Shown in pieces: positions 1 through 14,020 of a stretch of DNA of 64,000 bases (its first letter is position 1; the number at the start of each line of letters is the position of its first letter). This DNA comes from Octopus vulgaris (lineage: Eukaryota), in contig OX597831.1 of NCBI GenBank assembly GCA_951406725.2, forward strand, positions 17,360,001-17,424,000, given 5' to 3'. Both the position numbers and the translations under genes were made by a program. Under the pieces are notes generated by a model that saw nothing but the letters and a program-made list of their open reading frames with translations, ran no database searches and was not told where the DNA came from.

Positions 1-640
1 GCCTTTGTATCCATTCCAAGGGAATTGAAGATGGTCCTTATACAGGAGTCTTCAAGCAATTGTTACGTTTCCATTGAACGCGTCCTGAGCGTACGTCTAA
101 GTGTCAGTTGACGAATAGGAAAATATCTTCCTCTCCCGTTTCAACCGCGGTACCGCAGACTGTACACTACAATATTTTCAGCCTTACATTTTACTATGAA
201 AAAGGAAGTAAATCTGATCCCCACATCATTTTTCTTATATCATGCGCACCATGGGTTTTCAGAGGATATGCGGATTAGTTTCGGTTCACTCCAGGCTATT
301 ATCAATAACAGTTTGGGTATGAGACGCGTGTTTGTCAAGTTAATGCCAGAAGTGGTTTGAGCTGCAAAAGTTCTTCTTCATTGGACAATGATGAAAACTC
401 TTTGAAAACTGTTTGCAGGCCTCTAAATGGCTGGCACCAAGCTCTTCGTAAGATGTTATGTAGATTCTAAACTCAGCTTTCTCTGTCATACTAAATGCTA
501 CATACGTCTCTTCGAAGCACTGCTGCAGACAGCAGAAGTGAACCAAAATGCTAAAACATAATGCCCATGGGCAGCAAAAACCACGTCAATCTCTGCCAAG
601 CGGCTTTAGCTTCGTTACTTTGGCAACAATCAAGATACTT
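1..640 (-). mobile_element. Degraded mariner-like DNA transposon fragment
   Basis: Minus-strand translation MTEKAEFRIYITSYEELGAS resembles a mariner transposase N-terminus (ME K.EFR.I...LG). Broken by stops and frameshifts. Confidence 0.5.
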
Positions 641-1015
641 ATAGATCGGACAACGTATTGTACTTATCAAAAAAATATTTAATTGTCAACAGATGGAGTT
701 ATGTTTTAGTTGATATTATAGACATTGAATTGCACGGAACACGGCGGAAGCGCGGCATGGTAGTAATCTGATGACTGACAGAAGAAGGTATACATATATA
801 TACTGTGAGAATCGCATGTTAATGTTTGTATTCATGTTAATCAATAATATGTAAGAAAGAAGGGAAGATGTATGTGCGTCCGTATGTGACGGGCGATTAG
901 GTTTACTTCACCATTGCTAGATGCATTACTTAAGTTCTACAGATGGTTCTACGCTCTTTAGAATTTTCAGTTATGGAGTAAAAGACGTAATTGGACTTCT
1001 AGGACAAAAATTCAG

Positions 1016-1085
1016 ATAAACCTTGTACGGAAACTGTTATGGACAAGGGATGTAACAAAGAGAAATTCATTGTCTACCATACACC
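1016..1085 (+). pseudogene. Candidate orphan exon-2 paralog of the small Cys-rich gene family
   Basis: ttcag|AT AAA CCT TGT...ACA CC|gtaat is phase 1 to phase 2, like exon 2 of genes A/B/D. Encodes xKPCTETVMDKGCNKEKFIVYHTP with C-x8-C-N-K, as in gene B exon 2. No partner exons identified. Confidence 0.35.
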
Positions 1086-1480
1086 GTAATATACGTGTGT
1101 GTGTATGAGTGTGTGTGTATGAGTGTATATGTGTGTGTGTGTGTGTATGTGTGAATCCAACCATAGCTCCTTGAGAAGTAGCATTCAGAAATTGATTGCA
1201 TTTTTTACAAAAATACAGCCTCTTTCCCCGGCCTTCGCACATCCTACAACAGTAACAGTCAAAAATTCAAACAATACATTTCCTGAAAACGTGTCCCTTC
1301 TGAATTCCGCTCAGTTTCCTCAAAGACATCTATATATACACTGGCGAAATCTTCTGTCGTTCCAATCACTTCGTTTCTCCAGACGCCAAATTAATATTTC
1401 TGCTATATATGTTTTTTTATATTTCTTCGAATATCATATTTCTCTGTCTACGGAGAAAACATTTACTACATATGTACGTG

Positions 1481-1615
<135 letters not shown>

Positions 1616-1688
1616 GCATATATATATACGCATATATATATATATACATATATATGTGCATATATATTCATACATATATGTCCTGTTA

Positions 1689-1729
<41 letters not shown>

Positions 1730-2172
1730 GAGTGAGAGAGCAGTGCATGCCATCAAAGTGACACTGGGGTAAAATATACGAAGCCCAATATACCCATCAT
1801 GACTACCCGTCTGATAAAGGTACACCAGGCACATGCATCACAACCATATGTGCGCGCCATGGTGATCTCATATAAAGATAAACAGTACATGACCTTGCAG
1901 GTGGGGCCCAGTTAGAATTTTCTTCAGTTTGAGTAGCCCATCCCGCTCAAAAGATCCCTGAATAAGGGTTGTTTAAGGACGTTGAACGAAACACCCATGT
2001 TTCCAGAGGTGAATTATTCAAACCCCAAAGAATCCCTCTCAACACATGGCTATGATGCTCCCCCACTACTTCTGCTCGTGATCAGAGATGCACATATCGT
2101 CAGCCACTAAGGGACATGCTCAACTGGTTAAGGTCAAACAACTGACAAGCAAATCTGTGGTATTGAGCAGGA
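1730..2172 (-). mobile_element. ~440-bp non-coding retroelement (SINE-like or LINE 3' UTR) inserted in (TAA)n
   Basis: Flanked on both sides by (ATT)n. A closely similar copy at 51482-51778 shares the left end, is truncated at the right end, and also lies in (ATT)n. Confidence 0.7.
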
Positions 2173-2193
2173 TTATAATTATTATTATTATTA

Positions 2194-2264
<71 letters not shown>

Positions 2265-2604
2265 TTATTGTATTTTTGTATTTATATTCCTCTAACATCG
2301 TCTGTTTTCCGTCCTTGTTTTCGTATACATTCGCGGCTTTTTCCAAGTAATTTAATGCTCTTAGCTTAGCTTTTACTTGGCGACGGCCAGATTGGAGCAA
2401 TCTGAAGTTTAATCAACCGAAATTACGAGGATGATCCGTCCCTTGACTGAGGATAAAAGGCTTCGAATGACCCGTCCTTGTTATTGTCTTGTAAAATCTA
2501 TCTGGATGTTTTTGTTGTCCCTTTTTGTATCACCTAGTTGTCCGGATGTTTTGCGTTCTATCCCATTTTGTATATATATATATATATGCATACTCGTACA
2601 TGTA

Positions 2605-2654
<50 letters not shown>

Positions 2655-2700
2655 CATATATATATATATGTACATACCCATGTGTCTGCTTATGTATTTA

Positions 2701-3420
2701 TACAGGGTGTTCCCAAAAACTGTATACACTCGTTAGATAATTCTAAATTAGGTGTTTATTAAAATAGATTACGTTTTCAAAATTTTATAGAATCTACAGA
2801 CTATTTTATTGTTTTGTCAACAACTGTTTGCAAACTGACGTCCGTTTTGTTTCACGCACTGTCGATATCGCAAAGTAATGGGATCGCTAACATCACATTC
2901 TAGTTCAATTGTACATTCTTGTTAAATGGCTGCTCTCAAATGAGCGACTGCTGCAGGTTTCATAGACATTGTCTTTTAGGCATCCCCATAAAAGTATCCA
3001 GTGGTGTGAGGTCTGGTGAACGTGGAGCGTATTCAACGAAACTCCTTCGTCCAATCGACCTGTTTAGAAAGATCTTATTAAGGAAGTATCTAACATCGCG
3101 ATTGTAGTGTGGAGGTTCCACATCTTCCTGAAAATAAAACTCCTCTTCTTCAGAGTCTTCCCTAATGCTTGGAATGACAGACTGTTGCAGCAAATTCAAC
3201 TAAATGGGACCAATCACAGTAGCGTCAAAAATAATGGTCCAATCAATCCTCTTGGTAATAAGCCACACCACACTGTAACTCTTGTTAAATTAACACGGGG
3301 TTCCATTACAACATGCAGTCTCTCATGTCCCCAGCACGCCAAATTTTTGGCGGTTAATTGAGTAATTAATTTGAATGTGGCCCCATTACTCCTCACAATG
3401 TTCGTTGGAAAGCGTGCATC
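2701..3420 (-). mobile_element. Tc1/mariner-superfamily transposase relic
   Basis: ORFs 2960-3199 and 3214-3396 read VTVWCGL...GLIGPLF and FYFQEDVEPPHY...IGRR...APRSPDLTPLD (DDD domain motifs). The end TA-CAGGGTG is TIR-like. Confidence 0.75.
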
Positions 3421-3479
3421 TTCTACACATCGTCAGAAGTACCAATCACAATACCACCCTCTTCGGTCTAGATCATAAT

Positions 3480-3830
3480 TATTAGTAACTTTTCTAGTGA
3501 CGACGCTTCAAAATACGTTGGACAGATTCTTTTGACATACCTACCTCACGACTCGCTTACCGCATATAATTTCGTGGACTTTGGTGATATTTTTCCAGTA
3601 ATCATTCTTCGAGTGTAGGAGTTGTCGATCTTCGTGGTCTTCCGAAACGCTTCTCTTGAACATTCTGAAGAGTTCCATTGGGTTGAAACTTATCTCTAAA
3701 TTGGGGTATGGTAAGTCACATTGGTGGCTCTGTGTGAAACACCCTCTTAAACTGTCTTTGTAATTCAACTGCGTTTTCTCACATTCTGTAGCATTTTCGA
3801 ATGTATTTCCTTTGTTCAAAGCTTAGTCTA
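3480..3830 (-). mobile_element. Mariner transposase N-terminal relic
   Basis: ORF 3541-3819 contains RMFKRSVSEDHEDR...KNITKVHEII, resembling the mariner HTH/linker region. Confidence 0.45.
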
Positions 3831-4274
3831 TCTGTCATCTTTAATTCCACTGGTTTTCGTCAGGAAAGAAAACAAAGGAATTGAGTCCTCTGCTGCTAAA
3901 ATGTATATTTATAAACCTTCGAAATAATCACTATAATCCACCTTAACCGATTTATAGAAAAACAGCGAAGGATATCTTATAATTCATGCCAATGCTTCTT
4001 CCTTTCTCTCCTAATATTCGAAATTAAGTCCTCTTCCAAAATGTTGGCCCTATTTTGTCTATTATCCTACTATGCACACCAGTTTATATGCTAATCTCCA
4101 GTTTTAAACCGTACATGTGATGCTACTTAGCACTTATGCTGTTGCTGTCGACGATCTATGAAAGCGTCAATGGCAAGACAGGATTTCCTCCGATAAAAAT
4201 ATGGTACAACCTGAATCGTTTTGTTTTAATCATATTGATGACACCATTTTGATTTGACATTTTAAAATTTTATA

Positions 4275-4938
4275 TAAAGGTCTGATCAAAATGTATCCAG
4301 ACTGTTACCATAGTAACTAATCTCGAGTAAGCTCAGTGAAGCTGCTTAGCAAAGAATGACCTGGAACTCTGCTGTGAATGCGCACTAAGTTTTAACGTTC
4401 TGGCTCACTTCCGCTGTTTACAGCAGTACTTGGAAGGAAGGTGTGTAGCGTGTGATCGTCGCATTGACGAATGGTTCAAACGGTTGCAAAATAGCCGAAC
4501 ATATGTCGGCAGTGACACGCATTCTGGGAGACCCTCAAGCAGCTGAAGGGAACAACACATCGCAGGTGTGCACGTATCTGTGAGGGCAAAGAAACAATAT
4601 ATACTTGGGCTTCTGTTGGAAAAAGACACTTGGTTTTTAGCTGCATATGACCTTTGAAATCATTTCTTAGGACTCTGAGCAGGCATCGCCAAGTTCTTCA
4701 CAAACTTTGATGTAAATTCTCTGCTCATGTTTCTCTTCCATGGTCTATGGATCGATCGCACGCTATACACCTTGCTTCCAAGCGCTGTTGTAAACAGGGA
4801 AAGTAAGCGAGAACACGTAATTTTCGTGGGCAAGAAGAGCAGTGTTCCAGCTGAAACGTTTGCAAGAGATTTTAATTTACGTGCTTCAGCTTCGTTACTT
4901 TAGTAACAGTCCGGAAACTTATTGATGAGACTGCGTAT
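4275..4938. mobile_element. Mariner-derived non-autonomous element with imperfect TIRs
   Basis: Left end ggtctgatcaaaatgtatccagactgttac matches the reverse complement of the right end (gtctcatcaataagtttccggactgttac). TA flanks. Confidence 0.55.
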
Positions 4939-5213
4939 ACAATAATTGAGGATATGAATTTCACAAGAACCACCAACTGAACAATCGTACATTTGCAGAA
5001 TCACTGTTTAATAATACATAGATATACACGCATACATACACATGTACTCAAACAAACAGACACACACACACATACACACACACACTCATACACACATACA
5101 CACACATACTGATACAAACACACACATGCGAGGGGTGACATACATAAAGATAGATAGACAGACAGACGGACATAGATAGATGGATGGATAGATTGATGGA
5201 TATATAGATATAT

Positions 5214-5246
<33 letters not shown>

Positions 5247-5263
5247 TAGATAGATAGATAGAT

Positions 5264-5294
<31 letters not shown>

Positions 5295-5326
5295 TATATA
5301 GATAGATAGATAGATAGACAGATGGT

Positions 5327-5376
<50 letters not shown>

Positions 5377-6457
5377 TGTTTCTTTATTAGCCACACAGGG
5401 CTGCACACAGATAGAACAAATTACAAGGTAGAGCTTTTCTTTTGAAGGTTTAAAAAAAAAAAAAAGGAAGGGGGTGTTTCGATCAAAAGGGATCGTAAAA
5501 GGAGAGAAAGAGGACAAAAAAAAGGGGGGGTTAAAAAAAGGGGGGGGGGAAATTGATCAATAGGGATCGTTATCACAGAAATGTCAATATGAAGTGTAAA
5601 GGGGAGGACAGGTGAGGTTTACCCGTGGAAAGAAAAGCCTACGGAAAAGACCACGGTAACCTCGGTCAATGAAGTCACATTTTATATTTCTTTTTTTTTT
5701 TTTTTTTTTTTTGCAAATAAGCAACTCTCTGTTTTCGATTTCTGGGTTCATAGGACTATGCTCAAGGTGGCTTCGTCATTCATACGTGCCATTCTTGCTA
5801 CATTCACCCATCTTTTTTTAAAACATTCGCTAGACAAAACTTGCCTCTCTACTCTCACTTTCCTTTTCAAGTGGTACTTGAAGTTGATGAGAGATTGACC
5901 AGAGAGGAAAGTGTTTGTCTCCAATCCTTTCAGACGCGTCCACCAGATACATTCTTTCGCCATAGCCACAAGGATGATGAAAATAGCTCTTCCTTCCCGT
6001 TTGAAGGAAGGAGGCGTGACAATATTGACGATAGACTCAGCTGATAAACCGACTCGTCCCACACGTGACAGCAGTTGTTCGACATAAGCCCACAGGTCGG
6101 AAATTGTTGGACACTGAACGAGTGCGTGCAGAACGGTTTCGTCGCTCTGACCGCATCTCGGGCAGGTCGGCCCCGTGTTTCTCGAGCCGTGTCTGTAGAG
6201 CTTATCCCGAACGGGTAGCGCTTCTCGGTAGCACTGCCAGGCCAGGGATCTCTGGAAGTTGTCCATGGGCCCTGGCCCGAAAGTCGTCCTGAACAGGCGG
6301 GTCAGGTACTCCTCGTCGACGTCCAGGTTCGCCCCGAGCTCGTCGTCGTACCTCCCCTCCACTAAACCCCTATAGAATGCTTTGATTGTGTTGAAGTCAC
6401 TTAAGGTCGACCCAGGACGGCAGAGTTGCTTGAGAGCAACGCGACACTCGCGGTGCC
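5377..6457 (-). mobile_element. 5'-truncated Tx1-clade (L1/Tx1) non-LTR retrotransposon
   Basis: ORF 5748-6362 is an ORF2 C-terminus with a CPRC...ETVLHALVQC zinc finger. The 3' end has AATAAA running into (TATC)n. The 5' break abuts a short GATA tract. Confidence 0.85.
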
Positions 6458-6809
6458 ATAGATTGATAGACAGATAGATGCATGGATAAAAAGAAAGATA
6501 GTTAGATAACTTTTTATTGTAGCCACACAGGGCTAAACACAGAATAAAAATGGACGAAATACAATGTAGAATTTTCTCTTTTCGAGGTGGGATGGGTGGG
6601 GCAAAAAAAAAAAGAAAAACGTTTGATCAATAGGGATCTGTGGGTTGTGTGGTGTATAAAAAAGCAATATATATATATATATATATATAAGGTTCACAGT
6701 TTAGGTGTAGCCTTGGAAAGAAAAACCTACAAAAAAGACCAAGGTCACCTCAGACAATTCGAAAAAGAACACATGAGTAAGTCGCCTTACTTCTCGTTGT
6801 CTCTTTTGG

Positions 6810-9800
6810 TTACACATTTATGCTTAAAATAGTGTCGTCTTTCATACTGACCATTTTTGCCACTTTTACCCACTTGTTATTAAAACAATCGTTCGACAAA
6901 GCCTTCCTCTCTATTCTCATCCTCCTTTTCAAGTGGTACTTGAAAAAGTTGACGAGAGACTGACCAGAGAGGAAGGTGTTTGTTTGCAGTCCTTTCAAAC
7001 GCGTCCACCACACACATTCTTTCGCCATAGCCATCAGCGTCACGAAAACCGTTTTCCCTTCCCGTTTAAAGGAAGGTGGTGGAACAATATTTACGATAGA
7101 CTCGGCCGATAGGCGAGCCTGACCTACACGTGACAACAGCTGTTCGACGAAGGAACACAGCTCTGAAATATCTGGACACTGCACGAGTGCGTGCAGAACG
7201 GTTTCGTCGCTCTGACCGCATCTCGGGCAGGTCGGTCCGGTAATGGTTTTCGAACCGTGTCTGTAGCTCTTCTCTCGAACAGGTAGTGCGTCTCAATAGC
7301 ACTGCCAAGCCAGGGATTTCTGGAAGTTATCCATAGGCCCCGGCCCGAACGTCGTTCTGAACAGGCGGGTTAGGAATTCCTCGTCGACGCCCAGGTTTGC
7401 CCCGAGTGTGTCGTCGGACCTCCCCTCCACTAGTCCTCTATAGAACGCTTTAGTCGTTTGTAAGTTGCACAAGTTTGACCCCGGTCGGCAGAGCTGCTGT
7501 AGAGCTTTGCGACACTCTCGGTGCCAATCGCACAGTTTTGGTCTCTTTTTGATCCACGTTTGCAGTTCGGTCAGTGAGACGAGCTGCGGGAAGTCGTGCC
7601 TCACAAACGGCGCCCACACCTGTTTACCGATGAATTTCCAGAGATGTCGCAGTCTCAGAGCATGCCTGCGCATCATCAACCACGGCATGCCCAGTCCTCC
7701 ATTCAACGGATGTTGACAGCAAATGGACTTCCTCACCATCGGAACGCCACCCTTCCACAGGAAGCGGAAGACTATGCGTTCCAGTTTGGTGATGGTGGCG
7801 TCGGGACAAGGTACGACGGTCAGGCGGTAATCGATGACGGATGCGATGTACGCGTTCGCCACCTCCACCCGGCCTTTTAGAGACAGCTTTCTCTCGGCCC
7901 ATGTTTGGCTGAGAGCGACCACTCTACTCGTGATCTCGTCCCAGTTCTTATCCATTTGGAGGTCCGGACTGAACCAGACCCCGAGCAATTTAACCGGTCC
8001 GTCCGTCCAACGTCCCACTACTGAGCCGCAGTCGGACGGCATGGGCTTGCTTCTCCAGGTGCCGAGTAGCAAACCCACTGACTTATCCGGGTTAATCTTT
8101 GCTCCCGTCACCGTTTCGTATTTTCTTAGTGTCTCGCCTATCATCTTGATGTGTTTGTCGCTCGACACTATGACGGTGACATCGTCCGCATATGCCGACA
8201 CGCTCGTTCCGCAACCCAGTTCCCGTGGGATGCCCCTCATTGTCGCCAGCTTCCGCAGTAGCGGCTCGAGAGTCAATACATACAGAAGCGCCGACAGGGG
8301 ACACCCCTGACGGACCGAACACGTGATGTCAAACGGTTTCGACAGGTGACCGTTCACCCGAATCACCGATCGGATGCCGCTATACAAGGCAGCGACCCAA
8401 CCGCGGAAGACGGGACCGAAGCCAGCCGCCCTGAGGACGGCCGCCAAGTACCGATGGTCGACCCTATCGAAGGCTTTAGACTGATCCAAATTTATCAGCG
8501 CCCCACCCATGCCAGGATCCTTAACTACCCTGTCGACAATGTAGCGCATCAGATGGAGGTTGTCATGTATGGTTCTGCACGGCACGGCGCATGTTTGCGC
8601 CCTGTCGACCAGTTTACCAATGACAAGCGCCAACCTCTCGGCTATTACTTTGGCCAAAATTTTCAAATCTGCGTTGAGCAGAGTGATGGGCCTGAAATTA
8701 TCTATAAAATTCCCCTTGTTTGAGTCTTTCTTCAGCAACGTCACTGCACCTCGGCTCACGAAACCGGGGATTCTCCCGTTTTGTTGTCAGTTGCAGTAGA
8801 CTGATGCCAGGAGGTCGCCAAACAAGTCTGGCATTCGACAATACAGCTCGTAGGGTAAACCATCCAATCCAGGCGACTTATCCCTCGCGCAGCCCGCCAT
8901 CGCATCCCACACGTCAGCGGCTGTGATGGGACTTTCACAACACTCCGCTTCTCTTGCCGAGATCCGCGGCAGGTCGGTCAGGTAGGCACTGAAATCCATC
9001 CCTCGTTCCGACCCAGCACTCGCACCAAACAGTCGAGCAAAGTGCTGTTGAAAGGCCTCACACATCCTTTCGGGTTCCAGTAAACTGCATCCCTGTTGAT
9101 CTATTAGAGACCGAATGGTTGATCTGTTGCCACGCTGCACCTCCGCTACCCGGGCCTCTCGCGCAGCTTCAATCCCTTCGTTCCTTAAGGCACGCATTTT
9201 AGCTCTGACGACGCAACCTTCGTGCTTGGCGTTGAGGTGTTGGTCGAGGGCCATCCTCGCAGCCAGCACGTTGGTTGCGCTGCCAGTGGTAAGTGCCTCT
9301 TCTAGTTTCTTAACTAAGTCTCCCTCTACTCTATTTCGTTCTATCGCTAATTCCTTGCTAAACCTAATTGATTCCGATTTTATTGCCATTTTCAGGGCGT
9401 ACCACCAGCGGTTGTTAACGACCGCTCCCGTCAGCGCCCTCTTAATTAACTCGCTAATCATGTTCCTGTAAACCTGTCGCGCTAACAGCGACGTGTTCAG
9501 TTTCCAGTAACCGGGACCCTGACTATGTGTTTTATCTAAGTCGAGCGTACACGTAACAAATTTGTGATCTGTGTAGCTGACTATTTTAAATTGTGGACAT
9601 CCTACACTATCCCTATCCACTGTCCTGCATAGAATTCTATCTAGATAAGATCTCGACGATCCGACGCGGTTTGTCCAAGTCCACGTTGGCACGTTCGGAT
9701 GGTCGAGTCGGAACCTGTCAGACAAATGGAAACGTCTGAGCAGGTCTTTGAGGCTCTTACATCCCCTTCTATTCCTATCCCTTCCCACATAATCTAGATG

Positions 9801-10247
9801 CGTGTCCAAGGTAGCGTTCCAATCCCCTACTAACAGTAAAGGTATAGACGTACTCAGGAAAACCTCTAGACGTCTGAAGAAATCCGCCCGACCCGTTAAG
9901 GACGGTGCATAAACTGCCATCAGACGGAATGCACACCCATTTCTGCCATCCACGTCCAAGACAACCAGCCTACCCTCCGGGTCTAGGAATATTGCTCTTA
10001 CCTTTAGACACTTTCGAAAAAGCACCGCAGTACCTCCACCACCCATATTCGGCAGACAGGGAGAAAAATAAATGTCAAATTCATTGCCAAACATGGACTC
10101 GAGGGCCCGCGGCTTACTGAGTCTGGTTTCACTGATAGCTACTATATCCACGTCCAGTGACTTGATGTCGTTTAGAAGGTAACCTTGCTTCCAAGCCGAC
10201 GCCAAGCCACGCGCATTCACACAACCTAATTTAAGCATACTTGACAT
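6810..10247 (-). pseudogene. Tx1 ORF2 (AP endonuclease, reverse transcriptase, zf-RVT), interrupted
   Basis: Motifs NARGL, ISET, GDWN, YLDRI and YTDH (APE); FRPITLLN, DQSKAFD, VRQGCPLS and YADD (RT). In-frame TGA at 8787 and 7293, plus a frameshift near 7250. Confidence 0.9.
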
Positions 10248-10654
10248 TTACGAAAATTGTGTTTTACACACTATATTAGAAGAGACAAGAGGCAAGAAGT
10301 GAGGTCACTTACTCATTTTAAAAGTTTCATTTTTTTCTTCTTCTTCTTTTGTATCGTTTTTGATGAGGTGTTTGTATAGTTTTTTTTCACAGGTATCGTT
10401 GATACCCGCCTACCGCATTCGGAAATATTGTTTTCAGTATGTGGTGTTGTGCTTGTGTTATGTGTAAAATTCTGATGTGTTTCGGTGGTGTGGTGTGCGG
10501 ATGATTGTTTGTCTTAAAGTCATCTTCACAGACGACCATGTTAGATTTGATGTAGTCCATTAATTCTTTATTGTCTGTGTCTATTGCAGTTAGTTGTGTG
10601 TGTGGTTTTACGGGTTCATTACTTTTTTGATTGTCTAGGGGATGTTGTCCTGAG

Positions 10655-12068
10655 TTAGATATCTCCCTGCTTTACTTCCTTGTTTGGTGGGTTTTTTGGA
10701 TCTTTTTCTTTTACCCCTTTGGCTATTTGCCATTCCGTCGAACTTTCGTCGTCCGACGTATCAGTATGGGGTAGAGGCAAAACATTTGCATTACTATGTA
10801 TGCTTGTATAAATTGTTGATGTTTTGTGCGGTGTTTGTGTTGTTGTGGTGTTAGGGGTAGCATTTGTCTTCTCGTCACTGTTTTCTGTCTTTTTAATTGT
10901 CGTCCTGGGTGTGGGCGTGGGTCTATTTTTTGTTAATTCAACAGGTTTAATTGGTTGTGAAGTCAACGGTGATTGTGTTGGTACTGTTTTTCTTGGTGAT
11001 GTTGTTGGGGTTTGTTTGCTGGTTTGTTGTTTTTCTTGGCATTGTTCCATAATTGAGTGTGTTGGTGTTGGTGTTGGCAACAAAGGGATTTTATTTGTTT
11101 TCTGATTTGTTCTTTCTTGTTTTTTTCTGTACCAGATCGCACTTGGCAATCAAATGTTCGGGGCTGCCACATTTGTAGCATCTAGGCTTTTTGCCTTCTG
11201 CCATAACATATAGGCATTGCCCATTCTCCAAGTATATCTTGTCGGGTAGGCTCTCGATAGAGGCCCCCTCAATCTGGATGGTCACCACTACTGTTTTTCC
11301 ACCCCAATTGTCGTTTAGGTTCACGGCTGTTTCCAAAATATTGATCTTTTTCAAGTGGTAACAGATTGCCCCTGTTATCCATTTGTTCGGCATATCGGGG
11401 GGTACATTTCTGATAGTAATTCTACTCACCCTCTGGTTTTTATAATAAGGGACCATGATGATTTCATCATTTCCCAGAGACTCAGTAGAGTGAGCTTTTG
11501 CCACTTCCTGGTTAGGGAAGCGGACCACTACTGTGTTAAACTGGGGACCCCAGTTTATGTACTCTTTTTCTTTCATTATGTTTTTTAAACATTTCTCCAC
11601 ATCAGTTTTTGTAATCTGTTCATTTGATTTTTTGTTTTTTCTAATAATTTTATATACAATTGTCTTATTTTCAATTTCTTGTTTTATTTGTTGAGGTGTA
11701 TGCAGCACTAAATCTTGTCCACGGGTTGTAAAGAGAGCTCTTGTCTCTATGAGCTCTTCATTTGTAAATGTCACAATTTCCTTCTTCTGGCGAAGAATGT
11801 CTGCGAAATTTACTGATGTTGTTGAGTTTTTTGTATTAACATCTTCACTATTAGATAGTTCATTTTTATTGTTGTCCTTTTTGTTGCTGTTGTTTTTGTC
11901 AATAGTTTTCGTTTCAGTTTTATTTTTATCATTTATGTTGGTCGTGGTAGTGGTGGTGGTGGTGGAGGAGGTGGTGTTGGTAGCAGATGTTGTCTCGTGG
12001 TTGCTGTTGTTAGTGGTGGTGGTGGCGGTGGTGACAGGGCTGTTAACGCACGTGGTTGCAGCGTTCAT
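10655..12068 (-). pseudogene. Tx1 ORF1 (gag-like, zinc knuckle), frameshifted
   Basis: Contains CYKCGSPEHLIAKC (CX2CX4HX4C). Split into ORFs 11091-12068 and 10655-11149 at an A-rich run. Confidence 0.8.
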
Positions 12069-12396
12069 TTCTCCGAATTTTACGTTTGCATTTTCTGTGC
12101 GAACGTTCTTTTTTTTTTTCTATCGTTTCCAGACTAGGAAAATGTTGTTCCATAAAAGAACGCGACCAGCGTTCAACAATAAAATTTCTAGACATTTTCT
12201 AATGTCGAGAATAAAATTACAGAAATGAAATGGGGTCGAAACTGCCCCTAGGGGCGAATTCCTCCCTTGGAAAAGCACTCAAACGAAAGTTGGTTGCTTT
12301 ACACACCTTATTTGCAAAAATCTACACACAAATTGGCCTATATATAGTAAAAATAAATGACTACCTTCGGAGCTGAACTGACATCACATCCGTCAA

Positions 12397-12730
<334 letters not shown>

Positions 12731-13024
12731 GATTTGATATTTCAATATATAGTTTCAGTCTTGATTGTTTGTACGTAAAAATATTTCACTTATTATTACC
12801 ATTGACTCTATCTTGAATATTTCTGATTGATACTGAAGCCATTATATCTCCGACTGTTTTTGAAGTTATAAATTTTAGAACGCTTGAAGCAGAGCAAGGA
12901 ACAGTGTTCAGATGTTTACTTCCTTCCCCACTTCTCGTCACAGAATTCCAATACTTGACATTTGTTGAACCAATAAGAATTTCAGAATAAGGAAAACGAA
13001 TCGTTATTCCATGATAACGTTTAT

Positions 13025-13093
13025 TTAACAGTAATTTAGTAACATTACAAGGTTAACGCCAAAAAGAGGAATGGATACACTTTGAATGGTCAT
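13025..13093 (-). CDS. Gene D exon 5 (terminal): GPI-signal-like hydrophobic tail MTIQSVSIPLFGVNLVMLLNYC*
   Basis: Acceptor ttctcttttcag|ATG, phase 0. TAA stop overlaps an AATAAA. The five exons total 324 nt (107 aa + stop). Confidence 0.65.
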   Translation of the reverse strand: MTIQSVSIPLFGVNLVMLLNYC

Positions 13094-13199
13094 CTGAAAA
13101 GAGAACAATATACATCTATACATGCACATTCGAAGTAATTCGATATGAATGATACGAAAATGTTACTTTTTAAAGAATTGTAATTCCCAAAGTGACTGA

Positions 13200-14020
13200 T
13201 AACTTGTTGTTAAAAGAAAAATCAAAACTAACAAGTACATATGATCATGTTAGGCAAATGATTGGCGGTAGGTCAAAACCTCAATCTTATTAAAATATCC
13301 CGTGAGAAAATTAAGAATATTCTCCTCACGGAAATTGGTATGACGAGGATATCTCCGTCTTCTGAAACCTGGCAAAAATAAATCAGGTGGAACACGTTAC
13401 AGAGAAAACCTGATGTTGTTTGAAGCAGATCCAGCAGTTTTCCTTGGACGTTAACTAACACTGCATGTGTATTGTCTTTATCACTTTGACCTAGAGAAAA
13501 CGGCACAATTCATGCAGTGAAAACACCCCGACAGACCTACTCCCAAGAAGACCAAGGTTGTTTCATTTGCAGGTAAGTTGATTGATGTAGACTATTGGGA
13601 GGGCAAGTAAGTGTGCGTTTTGACTACCTTCAAAACGGCTATAATATCAAAGGAGAGTAAAATGCCAATTAGCTGTTTTCGGTTGAAAATGCCTATTAAC
13701 TCATAACACCCAGGAAAAGTGACGAAATGAATTACGAATCAGGAGTAACATGCTCCAGCACAAGTATCATTGGTTTCCATGGTTGCTGCGCTTTGAACTC
13801 GTTGATGACTCCATTTATTCTTCTGATTTCTACCCATTTGACTATCATCAATTCCCCTAAGTGTAAAAAGAAAGTGCTGGGATCATGTATCACACTGATG
13901 ATGAAGTGATATCCGCTTTTGAAGAAGTTCTTCAGCAACAGGATTATAACTACTTCATCAATGGAATCCAGGTTGGGAAGCGAGTGGACTGCATTGTTTC
14001 ACAATAAATTATAGCATTCA
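13200..14020 (+). mobile_element. Degraded mariner transposase (in gene D intron 4)
   Basis: YHFDLEKTAQFMQ*KHPDRPTPKKTKVVSFAGK and a PYSPDLAPSDY-like motif near 13810-13860. Confidence 0.75.

Larger units (their letters stand above)
6509..12396 (-). mobile_element. Near full-length Tx1-clade non-LTR retrotransposon in a (GATA)n microsatellite
   Basis: ORF1 carries a zinc knuckle, and ORF2 carries APE endonuclease, RT and a C-terminal CCHC. The 5' end joins (GATA)n at 12397-12730. The 3' UTR ends in a GATA-like tract. Confidence 0.92.

Noticed and set aside
13493-13572. Exon-like segment with ctag acceptor and gtaag donor
   Set aside because: Translates as mariner transposase (PTPKK..V...AGK).
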